From contig NZHP01000028.1 in NCBI GenBank assembly GCA_002691465.1, positions 5,263 to 69,262 on the forward strand: DNA of 64,000 nucleotides, in the 5' to 3' direction. Below, piece by piece: positions 1 through 11,033 of the stretch; position 1 is the stretch's first letter, and each line of letters starts with the position of its first letter. The position numbers were made by a program, and so were the translations under genes. The notes under the pieces are model-generated. The model was not told the origin of the DNA. It saw only the letters and a program-made list of their open reading frames with translations, and made no database searches. Source of the stretch: Gammaproteobacteria bacterium (lineage in GTDB: Bacteria > Pseudomonadota > Gammaproteobacteria > Steroidobacterales > UBA11654).

Positions 1-2
1 CC

Positions 3-680
3 TCATTTAGACTGTTTGCATATTATGGGTTCGATGAAGGTTTGGCCGGACATATTACGCTCAGGGATCCAGAGTATAAGGATCACTTTTGGGTTAATCC
101 GCTTGGAATGAACTTTGCACATATCACAGTCTCAGATTTATTATTGGTCAAGGAAGATGGTGAGATTATTCAAGGCGAAAGACCAATTAATCCAGCTGCT
201 TTTTTCATTCATTCAGCGATTCATGCAGCCAGACCAGATGTAAATTCAGCGGCACATGCCCATTCTATATATGGAAGAACTTTTTCGACATTAGGAAAGG
301 TATTAGATCCCATCACTCAAGATGCAGCGATGTTCTATGAAGAGCAATCGCTTTATTCCGATTATGGCGGAGTAGCCTTTGATAAAGGAGAGGGCGAAGA
401 AATAGCCAAAGCACTTGGTGAAAAAAGAACTGCAATATTGCAAAATCATGGAATATTAACCACTGGTCAAACCGTTGATGTTGCCACCTGGTTGTTTATT
501 TCTATGGACAAATGTTGCCAAAGCCAGTTATTAGCAGAAGCGTCGGGAAAACCAATTATCATTCCGGATGAAATGGCAGAGCATGCTAAAAAACAGGCAG
601 GGACAGATCTGATTCTTTGGGCTAGCTTTCAGCCTCTTTATGATCTTATTTATGAACTATCACCAGATTTTTTGGATTAG
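3..680 (+). CDS. Class II aldolase/adducin family protein (5'-truncated by window)
   Basis: Frame is open from nt 3 (SFRLFAYYGFDEGLAGHIT...). Motifs GHIT, FWVNP, IHSAIH, AHAHS and LQNHG (Zn ligands). Confidence 0.85.
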   Translation, partial: SFRLFAYYGFDEGLAGHITLRDPEYKDHFWVNPLGMNFAHITVSDLLLVKEDGEIIQGERPINPAAFFIHSAIHAARPDVNSAAHAHSIYGRTFSTLGKVLDPITQDAAMFYEEQSLYSDYGGVAFDKGEGEEIAKALGEKRTAILQNHGILTTGQTVDVATWLFISMDKCCQSQLLAEASGKPIIIPDEMAEHAKKQAGTDLILWASFQPLYDLIYELSPDFLD

Positions 681-683
681 AAG

Positions 684-2084
684 ATGCAACATACATTAGA
701 GAAGCAAAAAATTCAGTCAAGACGCCAAATCTATCCAAGTCTATCTATGAGAATAGATCGTCTTGATCGAATGCTTGATATGATGCTTGAATATCAAACA
801 CAAATACCAGAAGCATTATCAGAAGATTTTGGTCACCGACCTGAAATGCTGACGAAATTTGCTGAACTAGTAGCCACATTCGATTCAATACACTTTATCA
901 AAAAAAATCTAAAATCTTGGATGAAGCCAGAGAGAAGGAAGGCAACTCCTCCATTTAACTTATTTGGCGCTAAGGCTTACATCCAATATCAGCCCGTAGG
1001 TGTTGTAGGGATCATAAGTCCATGGAATTATCCATTTAATTTGACTTTTGGCCCACTTGCAGTGGTTCTTGCTGCCGGCAATAGAGCAATGATAAAACCA
1101 TCCGAATATACACCAAGATCATCCAGCTTAATGAAATCCATGATTAATAAATATTTCGATGCTGATGAAGTTGAGGTATTTCCTGGAGATGCTTCTGTTG
1201 GCCAAGAATTTAGCTCGCTGCATTTTGATCACCTGTTATTTACTGGTTCAACCTCGGTTGCAAAAAAAGTCATGGAAGCTGCATCAAAAAATTTAGTCCC
1301 TGTAACACTAGAACTGGGCGGGAAATCACCTGCAATCATTGGTGAAAGCGCAGACTTAAAGAAAGCATCGGATAGAATCTGGAATGGAAAATTGATGAAT
1401 GCAGGACAAACTTGTATTGCACCCGATTATGTCTATGTCAAAGAAGAGATTCTTGGAGATTGGATGGAGGCAACTAACAATTCTATCTCATTAATGTACC
1501 CCTCTATTTTTGATAATGACGATTACACGTCAGTGGTTAATGAAGGACATTATGCAAGACTTGATGGCTATATTGAGGATGCAAAAAATAAGGGGGCTGA
1601 TGTCATAGAGATTAATCCAGCAAACGAGTCAGAAAAATCCCACAATAAAATGATGCCCACAATTATTCTTAATGCAACCGATGATATGTTGGTGATGCAG
1701 GAGGAAATATTTGGTCCGATTATGCCAGTTAAAACTTACAATCAAATTGATGAAGTTGTTGATTACATCAATTTGCACGAAAGACCGCTTGGGCTTTACT
1801 ATTTTGGAAATAAAAAGAGCGAAGAAGAATTTGTCATGTCTAATACTGTTTCTGGCGGTGCCGCACTCAATGATGTTATTTTTCAATTCATACAGGACGA
1901 TCTTCCTTTTGGAGGCATTGGTCCTAGTGGAATGGGAAATTACCACGGGATTGAGGGTTTTAGAACCTTTTCTCATGCAAGAGGGGTTTATAAACAAACA
2001 TCGTTTGAGACTGTTTTGAAGCTGATGCGACCACCGTTTGGTAAATTAGTCGATCAAATTGTTTCAACCAAGATAAAAAAGTAA
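684..2084 (+). CDS. Aldehyde dehydrogenase, coniferyl-aldehyde dehydrogenase (CalB)-like
   Basis: PWNYP, FTGST, LELGGKSP, NAGQTCIAPDY, EEIFGP and PFGGIGPSGMGNYHG motifs. Confidence 0.85.
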   Translation: MQHTLEKQKIQSRRQIYPSLSMRIDRLDRMLDMMLEYQTQIPEALSEDFGHRPEMLTKFAELVATFDSIHFIKKNLKSWMKPERRKATPPFNLFGAKAYIQYQPVGVVGIISPWNYPFNLTFGPLAVVLAAGNRAMIKPSEYTPRSSSLMKSMINKYFDADEVEVFPGDASVGQEFSSLHFDHLLFTGSTSVAKKVMEAASKNLVPVTLELGGKSPAIIGESADLKKASDRIWNGKLMNAGQTCIAPDYVYVKEEILGDWMEATNNSISLMYPSIFDNDDYTSVVNEGHYARLDGYIEDAKNKGADVIEINPANESEKSHNKMMPTIILNATDDMLVMQEEIFGPIMPVKTYNQIDEVVDYINLHERPLGLYYFGNKKSEEEFVMSNTVSGGAALNDVIFQFIQDDLPFGGIGPSGMGNYHGIEGFRTFSHARGVYKQTSFETVLKLMRPPFGKLVDQIVSTKIKK

Positions 2085-2450
2085 TTGAGCCTAACCATTA
2101 ATTCACTCATAAAAGAAAAAATACATGATCTGGGCATCGATGTAATCGATAGACATATCTTTCTTTGCGCAGATCAAACTGAACCAAAGTGTGCACCCAA
2201 GAGAAAAACGTTGGAATCCTGGGATTTTCTCAAGGCAAGACTTGCAGAGTTAGAGATTGATAATCGAGGCGGCATTTACCGATCAAAAGTTAACTGCCTT
2301 AGAGTTTGCTCGAATGGTCCAATCGCAGTTGTTTATCCAGATGCTGTTTGGTATCAAAACTGCACTCCTGATGTTTTAGAAAGAATCATCCAAAAGCATC
2401 TGATAGAGGGCATAATTGTTGATGAGTATGTTATTTCAAAGCCGAGTTGA
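2085..2450 (+). CDS. Thioredoxin-like [2Fe-2S] ferredoxin domain protein
   Basis: RHIFLC...KC...CLRVC..GP..VVYPD.VWY cysteine pattern. TTG start directly after the upstream stop. Confidence 0.8.
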   Translation: MSLTINSLIKEKIHDLGIDVIDRHIFLCADQTEPKCAPKRKTLESWDFLKARLAELEIDNRGGIYRSKVNCLRVCSNGPIAVVYPDAVWYQNCTPDVLERIIQKHLIEGIIVDEYVISKPS

Positions 2451-4533
2451 TGGTTTCGAATAAATAGGTCTCATTTGCTCTTTGGATGAGATAGGCATGA
2501 ATATCCTCGACATCCCGTTCGCTTAAACGACTTGCAAATCCAACCATTCCTTTATCGACATAAAGTCCACCGAGTGTGATCGCATTGAATTTCTCATGAG
2601 TTTCAACTGACATATACCTGAGATCAGCCAGTACTCCGCCTCCAACGGCACCAGCTCCATGGCACATATGGCATTCCCAATGATACAGGTCTTCGCCTCT
2701 GGCAATACTTGCTTGATCTTCTATAGGTGCGGGAGGTTTTGGCATCTCTAAATTTCTTGGCCTTTCTGGAAGTTTTAAATCACCGTCTAGTGCGAAAGTA
2801 ACTATCCGCCCATTGATGGGCCCACCGGTATTCTTAGGCGGCAGGCCGGCCTGAAGTGCAAACACTCCTCCATAACCAACGACGACACTGACATATTGTC
2901 TTCCATCAATGCTATACGTGATGGGGGCGGCGACAATTCCGTTCTTCAAGTCTTCGCTCCATTTTTTTTCGCCAGACTTTGCATCATATGCAACAAGTTC
3001 ACCATCAGACGTGCCTTGAAAGACAAGATTGCCATCCGTCGATAAAACTCCCCCATTCCAAGGGAGTGTTAGATATTGCTTCCAAACCTCCTTTTGTTCG
3101 ACTGGATCCCATGCACTCAGACGACCTCTTATACTTCTTGCCAATAGCATTAGCTGAAGAAGATTCTTAGGCGGTGCCATGACTGTTAGATCACCCGCAG
3201 TATTCCATCCTTTAGCATCGTATTCATAATCATCATCTTTCTTCATCGGCATATAGAGCTCTTGAGCCGGAATGTAGACCAAGCCCGTTTTCGGGTTATA
3301 TGACATGGGCATCCAATTGTGTCCACCAAGAGCGCCAGGAAAGATTAGTTTTTCGGCTTCATCATAATCAGCCAGCTCTGTTTTGACCGGTCTTCCAGTT
3401 TCGAGATCAATATGACTGGCCCATGTGGCTTGAACGTATTTTTCTGCTGATAGAAGTTCACCGTTTGTTCGGTCAATCACGTAAAAGAAACCATTTTTAG
3501 GAGCTTGCATCAGTACTTTCCTTGCTTCGCCTTTGATAGTGATGTCAGCAAGAATGATGTGTTGAGTCGCTGTATAATCCCAATTATCTCCTGGTGTTGT
3601 TTGATAGTGCCATACGTATTCTCCAGTCTCCGGTCTTAAAGCAACTATTGAAGACACAAATAAATTATCCCCGCCACCCGGGCTTCTAATCTTATAGTTC
3701 CATGGGGAAGCATTGCCAGTGCCAATGTAGAGAAGATCTAGTTCAGGATCATACGCCATTGAGTCCCATACTGTTCCACCACCACCATATTCCCACCATT
3801 TAGCTCCTTTCCAAGTTTTAGAAGCCATTTCCATTGCTGAATTCTCAAATCCTTCATCAGGGTTTCCTGGAACCGTGTAGAAACGCCATGCCATTTCACC
3901 ATTGTCAGTATCGTAAGCACTGACATATCCTCTGACCCCAAAATCAGCACCTCCATTGCCAATGATCACTTTATCTTTAATAATCCTTGGAGCACCCGTG
4001 ATGCTATATGGCTTGCTGTTATTGACTGTCATTTTCTCCCAAATGACTTCGCCTGTTTTGGCATTTAGTGCTATGAGTCTCCCATCCAATGTTCCGACAA
4101 ATATTTTTCCTTCCCAAATTGCAACGCCTCGATTAACTACGTCGCAACAAACAAAATAAGCTTTTTCTTTTGGCACCTTTGGATCAAACTTCCAGAGCAA
4201 TTCCCCATTAAGAGCATTGTGAGCATATACCACGCTCCATGCACCTGTAGAAAACATGACACCATCAGAAACAATTGGGGTTGCTTCATGACCCCTATTG
4301 CTGTCAAGATCCGCAAACCATTCTATTCCGAGCCGATCAATATTCACTGTATTGACCTGATTCAATTCACTGAATCTTTGTTCATCATAAGTTCTGCCAT
4401 GAGATAACCACTCTTGGCTATTGTTTTTGGATTTCTCAATCGAATCTCCATTGACTTGAAAATCAGCACCATGAACTTCCGATAGAAGTAAGGAAAAAAG
4501 AGCGAATGATAGTATTTTAGAGAAAAATTTCAT
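2431..4533 (-). CDS. PQQ-dependent quinohemoprotein alcohol dehydrogenase (type II, C-terminal cytochrome c)
   Basis: Signal peptide, vicinal [31 protein letters not shown] and C-terminal CHMCH heme motif. Confidence 0.92.
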   Translation of the reverse strand: MKFFSKILSFALFSLLLSEVHGADFQVNGDSIEKSKNNSQEWLSHGRTYDEQRFSELNQVNTVNIDRLGIEWFADLDSNRGHEATPIVSDGVMFSTGAWSVVYAHNALNGELLWKFDPKVPKEKAYFVCCDVVNRGVAIWEGKIFVGTLDGRLIALNAKTGEVIWEKMTVNNSKPYSITGAPRIIKDKVIIGNGGADFGVRGYVSAYDTDNGEMAWRFYTVPGNPDEGFENSAMEMASKTWKGAKWWEYGGGGTVWDSMAYDPELDLLYIGTGNASPWNYKIRSPGGGDNLFVSSIVALRPETGEYVWHYQTTPGDNWDYTATQHIILADITIKGEARKVLMQAPKNGFFYVIDRTNGELLSAEKYVQATWASHIDLETGRPVKTELADYDEAEKLIFPGALGGHNWMPMSYNPKTGLVYIPAQELYMPMKKDDDYEYDAKGWNTAGDLTVMAPPKNLLQLMLLARSIRGRLSAWDPVEQKEVWKQYLTLPWNGGVLSTDGNLVFQGTSDGELVAYDAKSGEKKWSEDLKNGIVAAPITYSIDGRQYVSVVVGYGGVFALQAGLPPKNTGGPINGRIVTFALDGDLKLPERPRNLEMPKPPAPIEDQASIARGEDLYHWECHMCHGAGAVGGGVLADLRYMSVETHEKFNAITLGGLYVDKGMVGFASRLSERDVEDIHAYLIQRANETYLFETINSALK

Positions 4534-4653
4534 GAAAATATTCTACAACAAAATTGCCCTATTTATTTTTGCACTTAAAAACTTTTTCGTGGTTGTTTGA
4601 CTTTTGGTTTAATTTATATTCATCTATGAAATCTAAAGATTAAAGGGGGAACC

Positions 4654-6069
4654 ATGATCCTTAAGTTCAAATATTCATTTTTAATTACAGGCGCCTTATT
4701 TATTTTCTGCGGAACATTCAATGTTCAATCTCAAATCAATGAAAAAGAGCTGATCAATTATGCTTATGAATCAACATACAAACCGGTAGAGAGCGATAAG
4801 ACAATTATCATCAATGCGAATATTCTGACAGGGCGAGGCGACTCAGTATTGGGGGGCGCCATTTTAATGGAAAACAATAAGATTATAGCGATTGGTGAGG
4901 GCATAGACACTTCAGATGCAAACATCGTAGATGCCGAAGGCAAATGGGTGACACCAGGCATTATCGATATACACTCTCACATGGGTGTTTATCCTGCGCC
5001 AAGCTTAAGATCAAACTCTGATGGAAATGAGGCAACCAGTCCATCTACTCCCCATGTTTGGGCTGAGCATTCGGTTTGGACACAAGACCCACAATATACT
5101 TTGGCCTTGAAAGGTGGAGTCACTTCTTTTCATGTACTGGTGGGATCTGCAAATTTGATAGGTGGCAGAGGCGTGACCCTAAAGAATGTTCGAAGCAGGA
5201 CGGTCCAAGGCATGAAATTCCCAAATGCACCTTACTCTCTGAAAATGGCATGCGGTGAGAATCCAAAAAGGGTATATGGTGGAAGAAACACAGAGCCGCA
5301 AACACGTATGGGAAATGTTGCAGGTTATCGAAAGGAATGGATTAAAGCACAAACATACCAAAAGCGTATTAATGAGTATTCTGAAAAGTCAGATGAAGCG
5401 AAAGAAATGATTGATAGCCCAACTCGAAACATCGGGATGGAAACTCTGGTCGGTGTTTTAGAAGGCGATATTTTGGTTCATATGCATTGTTATCGAGGCG
5501 AAGAAATGGCAGTGATGCTGGATGTAGCAAAGGAATTTGATTATAAAATAAACACTTTTCATCACGCTGTAGAAGCCTATAAGATCGCTGACATATTGGC
5601 AAAAAATTCCGTCTGCGCTGCAGTATGGGCTGATTGGTGGGGATTCAAGCACGAAGCATTTGATATGGTCTGGGAGAATACAGCCATTATTGATCAGGCA
5701 GAGAATAAAACTGGTTGTGCTATAGTTCATTCCGATTCAGCACTTGGTATACAACGCCTTAATCAAGAGGCTGCGAAAGCATTGGCGGCTGGTCAGAAAG
5801 CAGGATTAGACCTTGATAGGCAAAGAGCAATTCAATGGATTACTTTGAATCCTGCCAAAGCATTGGGTATTGGCGATCAGGTAGGCTCAATTGAGCCTGG
5901 AAAAATGGCGGATATCGTCATATGGTCTGACGATCCATTCAGTGTTTATGCGAAGGCAGAAAAAGTTTTCATAGATGGACATTTAAAATTCGATATCAAT
6001 GATCCCGACTCTTTTGAAAGGACAGACTTTGATCTTGGAATTATTGACCCGGAAGGAGATAGATTATGA
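4654..6069 (+). CDS. Secreted amidohydrolase family protein (metal ligands intact)
   Basis: Signal peptide; TPGIIDIHSH, KMACGENPK, HMHC, FHH, HSD and GSIEPGKMADIVIW motifs. Confidence 0.85.
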   Translation: MILKFKYSFLITGALFIFCGTFNVQSQINEKELINYAYESTYKPVESDKTIIINANILTGRGDSVLGGAILMENNKIIAIGEGIDTSDANIVDAEGKWVTPGIIDIHSHMGVYPAPSLRSNSDGNEATSPSTPHVWAEHSVWTQDPQYTLALKGGVTSFHVLVGSANLIGGRGVTLKNVRSRTVQGMKFPNAPYSLKMACGENPKRVYGGRNTEPQTRMGNVAGYRKEWIKAQTYQKRINEYSEKSDEAKEMIDSPTRNIGMETLVGVLEGDILVHMHCYRGEEMAVMLDVAKEFDYKINTFHHAVEAYKIADILAKNSVCAAVWADWWGFKHEAFDMVWENTAIIDQAENKTGCAIVHSDSALGIQRLNQEAAKALAAGQKAGLDLDRQRAIQWITLNPAKALGIGDQVGSIEPGKMADIVIWSDDPFSVYAKAEKVFIDGHLKFDINDPDSFERTDFDLGIIDPEGDRL

Positions 6070-7313
6070 ATTTAATTAGATTTAGATCTTTCATTTTTTT
6101 CTGTTTGTTGTCCCTCTCAATTTTTGCAAAAGCAGATGACATTTTAATCAAGAATGCCACGGTTGTGACATCGAGTGATTTAGGCGTTATAAATGAGACT
6201 GACATATTGATTCAGGACGGAATAATTTCCAAAATAGGTCTTGATATTTCTAGTGAAAGCGCCTTCATTATAGAGGCTAGTGGCCGAATTATTACACCAG
6301 GTTTATTAGCGCCAGCCACTAATCTAGGATTAATTGAAATTGAGTTGGAGGCTGATACAAGAGATGATCGAACCAAACACTTTTCTGCTGGATTCAGCAT
6401 TTCTTCAGCATTTAACCCAAGTTCAACATTGATCCCATACAACAGAACTGCAGGAATCACCTCTGCGGTTGTATTTCCATCCTCAGGAAAAGGCGATTTA
6501 TTTCAAGGCCTTGGATCCGTCTTTAAGACTCACGGAAGGATTGATACTCAACCAATAGTTACCGACATTGCCATGGTGATGCAAATGGGAGGTGGACAAG
6601 ATTCTAGAGCATCCACTTTCTTGGAACTGGAGGATGCAGTTATGAAAGCTAAGCAGTTTAAGAGATCTCGAAATTTAATTCTAAGAGGAGGATTTTTTGA
6701 TACTGGAGAATATTCTGAAAGGGATCTAGAAGCTTTATCAGACTTGATGGATCAGAACAAACCTCTGATAGTAAAAACCAATCGAGCCAGCGATATGTTA
6801 AGAATAATTGAATTCTCTAAAAAGCATTCAATCAATATCATTTTCCATGGCGCTAAGGAAGCATGGCGAATCGCAGATCAATTGGCTGAAGTGAACATAC
6901 CAGTAATTATTGATCCAATGGATAATATTCCAAGCTCATTTGATTCTATTGGGGCAAGAATTGATGCAGCATCTCTTCTAACTGACTCAGGAGTTAACGT
7001 ATTGATTGGAATAGCGGATGCTCACAACTCTTTTCTTAGTCGGCAAGGGGCTGGAAATGCTGTCGCTAATGGAATGGATCGGTATGAGGCACTAAAGTCA
7101 TTAACCATAAATGTTGCTGAAGCATTCGGATTAGCTGATTCAATCGGAAGTATTGAAGTTGGTAAAAATGCTGATTTAGTTCTTTGGGATGGAGATCCTC
7201 TTGAGGTGGGTACTTTTTCCGATGTAGTTATTATCAATGGAGAAATAATGAGTGATATGACTCGCTCGAAAAGACTTCGTGATCGCTACCTAGAGGTAAT
7301 CGGATTAAAATAA
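6066..7313 (+). CDS. Secreted amidohydrolase family protein, probably non-catalytic partner
   Basis: Signal peptide; TPGL and GSIEVGKNADLVLWDGDP motifs, but HxH is replaced by APATNLG. ATGA overlap with the upstream gene. Confidence 0.8.
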   Translation: MNLIRFRSFIFFCLLSLSIFAKADDILIKNATVVTSSDLGVINETDILIQDGIISKIGLDISSESAFIIEASGRIITPGLLAPATNLGLIEIELEADTRDDRTKHFSAGFSISSAFNPSSTLIPYNRTAGITSAVVFPSSGKGDLFQGLGSVFKTHGRIDTQPIVTDIAMVMQMGGGQDSRASTFLELEDAVMKAKQFKRSRNLILRGGFFDTGEYSERDLEALSDLMDQNKPLIVKTNRASDMLRIIEFSKKHSINIIFHGAKEAWRIADQLAEVNIPVIIDPMDNIPSSFDSIGARIDAASLLTDSGVNVLIGIADAHNSFLSRQGAGNAVANGMDRYEALKSLTINVAEAFGLADSIGSIEVGKNADLVLWDGDPLEVGTFSDVVIINGEIMSDMTRSKRLRDRYLEVIGLK

Positions 7314-7314
7314 A

Positions 7315-9084
7315 TTAATTTCTTTTCGAAATTGTTTCATCTACTGATGTCAAATAGTCAGAAAGGCTGATGTCATTTGTAGATTCTGAGAGTTGATCAA
7401 TGATTTCGTCAGTTGATTTAAAATTAGGCGTATAATTTGCAAATGCATTGTCTCCTCTATCAACAGCTGTTTGATCAATCAGTGATATTATTGAAGAAAG
7501 TTCACTTTCATTGAAAGAGACAAATTGAATAATTTCTTTGTCTTGAGCTACTTCCTCAGTAAGCACTGACATGGCAGCCTCTACTTCAATAAGATCGATA
7601 TAATCAGAGAAATCTCGATTTTGATTATCTGAAAGATCAATTCCATTGGTCCATGCCAAATATACTCTTGGTTCTTTCTCTGATGATCCAGACTTCTTAT
7701 CCTTGTATATATCAAATCCTAGCCCGACATCAAAACTTCCCAATGGTATCTCATACCAAAATAAGTCAAATTGATAGCCGATATTGAAGTTTAAGAAATC
7801 TGTTTCATTTTCTGTAAACAAATAGCCTGGTTGAGAGCCTCTATTCATCCTTCCAATTGCGAGAGTGGACTTATATATCTGAGTATCATCTTGAACTAAA
7901 ATACCACCAAACGAGATTGCTATAGAATCTCCATCAAGCGAGTTGCCGATATTGGAACCATTGTAATGGTAGGCAGATGGATATTCCTGATTTTGGTAAG
8001 CACAACCATATTTACTTTGACCACTGAAGATTCCACATGTCGTGGAAGAAAATTCTGTAAAGACCCTGTAAGATTCAAAGTTTTTTCTATCAGGAAAGTT
8101 CCCCCATGTTTCAAGACCTAATATCCCAACAGATTTATCGATAGATGTTCCCGATATCTGTCCATAGGTTGCATAAGGAATTTCATTAAATTCACCAGAA
8201 AGGCGATAGTCTAAAGTATTAAGATCATATACATCCCCAGATCCTAAAAAACCGTCTATGAGTTTACTGAATCCGCATCCATTATTTTTATCGCAAATGA
8301 CCGCAGATTTAGAATAGCCAATTTCAAGCTTATCCATTGGCCGAATACCTAACCTTAGAGCGGTAAAGCGACGTTGGGGAGTTAGGCCTGTATTTTTAAT
8401 ATCTCCAAGAATAAAAGCAAGGTCCCAGCTTCCCAAAAATGATAGAACACTATTCTTAAATGGATCTGAAAAATTTCTTTCGATTGACAAACCTCTTATA
8501 GGCCTAGGATTAGTTGATAAGACGGTACTACCCATCCAACCAGGACCCCACCAGTTTTTCTTGGAGCCTAAGGTGATTGAGTAATTTCCTCTAGCCAACG
8601 AAATATATGACTCATCAAGTAACTGATAAGTACCTGTTTTCTCAAATTTAAGATTCATAGCTAAATTATTTGACATGTATGAACTACTTGAGGCGGCCAT
8701 CTTCTTTACATTTACTGGATCAAAGAATGTCATGATTCGATCAGGATTCTTAGCAACTTTTATTTCAGCATTAGCAGAAATGCCTCCAATTTGTTCTTCA
8801 ATGACTTTTTTTCTAATTCTTTGAAGAGATAGGAGTACTTCGGGCGATACTTCACTCACATTCTCAACATTGAGATTAAATGCAACATCACCCCAAGCAA
8901 TTGGCCATGTATTTAAGGGGATATCTAATATCCCTGAATCTGAGAGAATCTGGAGGTCATGCCTTACAAGGATATCATCTGGCGATGCCCATGGAGCTGT
9001 CTCCAAGTATTGAATTGGAAGAAAAAGCAGGTTAAAAAGTATGAAAGACTTTGCCCAGTATTTTTTGATAAAATTTTTCTGCAT
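7315..9084 (-). CDS. Capsule assembly Wzi-family outer membrane protein with C-terminal extension
   Basis: APW..RHDLQILSDSG..PLNTWPIAW and WWGPGWMGS.VLSTNPRPI are Wzi-like motifs. Start uncertain (9084 or 9093). Confidence 0.75.
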   Translation of the reverse strand: MQKNFIKKYWAKSFILFNLLFLPIQYLETAPWASPDDILVRHDLQILSDSGILDIPLNTWPIAWGDVAFNLNVENVSEVSPEVLLSLQRIRKKVIEEQIGGISANAEIKVAKNPDRIMTFFDPVNVKKMAASSSSYMSNNLAMNLKFEKTGTYQLLDESYISLARGNYSITLGSKKNWWGPGWMGSTVLSTNPRPIRGLSIERNFSDPFKNSVLSFLGSWDLAFILGDIKNTGLTPQRRFTALRLGIRPMDKLEIGYSKSAVICDKNNGCGFSKLIDGFLGSGDVYDLNTLDYRLSGEFNEIPYATYGQISGTSIDKSVGILGLETWGNFPDRKNFESYRVFTEFSSTTCGIFSGQSKYGCAYQNQEYPSAYHYNGSNIGNSLDGDSIAISFGGILVQDDTQIYKSTLAIGRMNRGSQPGYLFTENETDFLNFNIGYQFDLFWYEIPLGSFDVGLGFDIYKDKKSGSSEKEPRVYLAWTNGIDLSDNQNRDFSDYIDLIEVEAAMSVLTEEVAQDKEIIQFVSFNESELSSIISLIDQTAVDRGDNAFANYTPNFKSTDEIIDQLSESTNDISLSDYLTSVDETISKRN

Positions 9085-9165
9085 GTGTGGCATTCTACTC
9101 TTTCGTCAAAAAATCTAAACATATTATGCATTTTTGACGAATGTTATGTCATTATCGTCAGCAAT

Positions 9166-11028
9166 ATGTTTTCAATTGATATTAAAAAAATATTATTAGT
9201 ATTCCTAGCAGGCTATCTTGCTTCGTGCAGTATTCCAAAAACTGATTTTGAGCCAGATGAAAATACGCTTTTGACAATAGATAAAGGGTCCATCATTGGT
9301 TCAAATAATGGCAATACATATCAATGGCTTGGCATCCAGTACGGTTCAATTCCAGATTCGAGCTATAGATGGAAAAGAGGAGCTGAAACAGAAAAATGGG
9401 ATGGTGTTTTTGAGGCGCTAGAATTTGGCAATACCTGCGTTCAAAAGGGATCACTAATTAATACTACAAAAAGAAGAAATTGGGGTGATATTGTCGGATC
9501 TGAAGATTGTTTATACCTCAATGTTTGGGCGCCTAAAGATGTATTTGATGACTTATCTCAGAGTAAGCCAGTGATGCTCTGGATCCATGGCGGCAGTAAT
9601 GTTTCCGGTAATGCAGATTTTTACGATCCGAGTGAATTGGTTAGCAGTCAGGATGTAATAGTTGTGTCGATAAATTACCGTTTGGGACCATTTGGTTGGT
9701 TTAGACATCCAGATATAACCTCAACTGCTGAGAATCCAGAAGATCAATCAGGCAACTATGGCAATATTGATTCCATTCAAGCGCTTGAATGGGTTCAAAG
9801 AAACATTGAAATTTTCGGTGGCGATTCTTCAAATATCACAATTTTTGGGGAATCTGCTGGCGGTTATAACGTAGCTGCTTTATTGTCCGCAAAGCAAGCG
9901 AATGGACTTTTTCATAAAGCCATTATACAAAGTGGTGGAATCAGACCAGGTGATATTGAGCATTCTGAGTCATATTTAGAGAAAAACTTACCGTGGAAGA
10001 GTTACTCTTCAAGAGAACTCGTAAATGAGTTACTGGTAATGAATGAAATGGCATCGGATAGAAATTCAGCTGAAACATTGCAAGAAAATTTGTCTCAAAA
10101 AGAAATCGAAGCTCTAATGAGAAATGCCTCATCCACAGAAATTTATGAAGCATACTTAGTAACAAAGACCAACACCGATGATATGTTGAGACCATTTCCT
10201 GATGGTAATTTATTGAGTGAACTAGGAATTCTGGGTTCTTTGGAGAGTGGGTTTAATATGGATGTTCCAATAATGATTGGAACAAATCGAGATGAAATGA
10301 AATTATTTCTCCTCAATAATCCTCGATTGACAAGAGAGTTTCTGAGAATACCTCGAATAAGAGATTTGGATTTATGGAATGCGGTTTCAAAACACAGAAG
10401 CAATTCGTGGAAATACTTGGCCGTTGATGAACCTGCCCAGAACTTGACAAGGTCTGGGAGATCAAATATCTATGCTTATCGATTTGATTGGGATGATGAG
10501 CCAAGAAAATATGGAGTTGATCTAAAGAATTTACTTGGTGCTGCACATGCTTTTGAGATTCCTTTCGTGATGGGTAATTTTGATGAAGATGCACTTACGA
10601 AATACATACTCAGTAGAAAAAATCTGGAGGAGGTCAAAACACTTTCCCAGTCAATGATGAGTTATTGGGCTGAATTTGCTTACAACGGAGATCCAGATAA
10701 AGGCAGAGAAGGAAATCTAACTGATTGGCAGGCTTGGGATCCCAGAAAGGGCAGTGACAAGTATATTATATTCGACTCAACACATGATGGGGGAATAAGG
10801 ATGACAAACGACTATCTCACAGAAGAAAAACTGATTGAAATGTTGGCCACAGACAATCAAATTAAAGATTATAAATGGAAGTGTGAGATTCTTGATGCTG
10901 CAATCATGTTTGATCATCTCACGACTCAAAATGTACTAACTGACTTTAATAATAATCAATGCGGTGATCTTGATCCTTCGACAGGATGGAGAAAATATTG
11001 GTACGATGAAAAGGAGCAACGCTACTAG
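9166..11028 (+). CDS. Type-B carboxylesterase, predicted lipoprotein
   Basis: SEDCLYLNVW, WIHGG, FGESAGG (catalytic Ser) and AAHAFEIPF motifs. ATG 9166 gives the lipobox LASC and avoids overlap with the Wzi gene. Confidence 0.88.
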   Translation: MFSIDIKKILLVFLAGYLASCSIPKTDFEPDENTLLTIDKGSIIGSNNGNTYQWLGIQYGSIPDSSYRWKRGAETEKWDGVFEALEFGNTCVQKGSLINTTKRRNWGDIVGSEDCLYLNVWAPKDVFDDLSQSKPVMLWIHGGSNVSGNADFYDPSELVSSQDVIVVSINYRLGPFGWFRHPDITSTAENPEDQSGNYGNIDSIQALEWVQRNIEIFGGDSSNITIFGESAGGYNVAALLSAKQANGLFHKAIIQSGGIRPGDIEHSESYLEKNLPWKSYSSRELVNELLVMNEMASDRNSAETLQENLSQKEIEALMRNASSTEIYEAYLVTKTNTDDMLRPFPDGNLLSELGILGSLESGFNMDVPIMIGTNRDEMKLFLLNNPRLTREFLRIPRIRDLDLWNAVSKHRSNSWKYLAVDEPAQNLTRSGRSNIYAYRFDWDDEPRKYGVDLKNLLGAAHAFEIPFVMGNFDEDALTKYILSRKNLEEVKTLSQSMMSYWAEFAYNGDPDKGREGNLTDWQAWDPRKGSDKYIIFDSTHDGGIRMTNDYLTEEKLIEMLATDNQIKDYKWKCEILDAAIMFDHLTTQNVLTDFNNNQCGDLDPSTGWRKYWYDEKEQRY

Positions 11029-11033
11029 GAGAT

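Noticed and set aside
2431..4533. Lanthanide-dependent alcohol dehydrogenase
   Set aside because: The metal-site motif is WDYTA, lacking the extra Asp (D-x-D) of XoxF/PedH-type enzymes. This fits a Ca-type quinohemoprotein.
8959..9165. N-terminal extension of the carboxylesterase ORF (likewise extensions at 11462, 20086, 38337, 38854 and 39633)
   Set aside because: These overlap neighbouring genes or precede the signal peptide or conserved N-terminus; downstream starts fit better.
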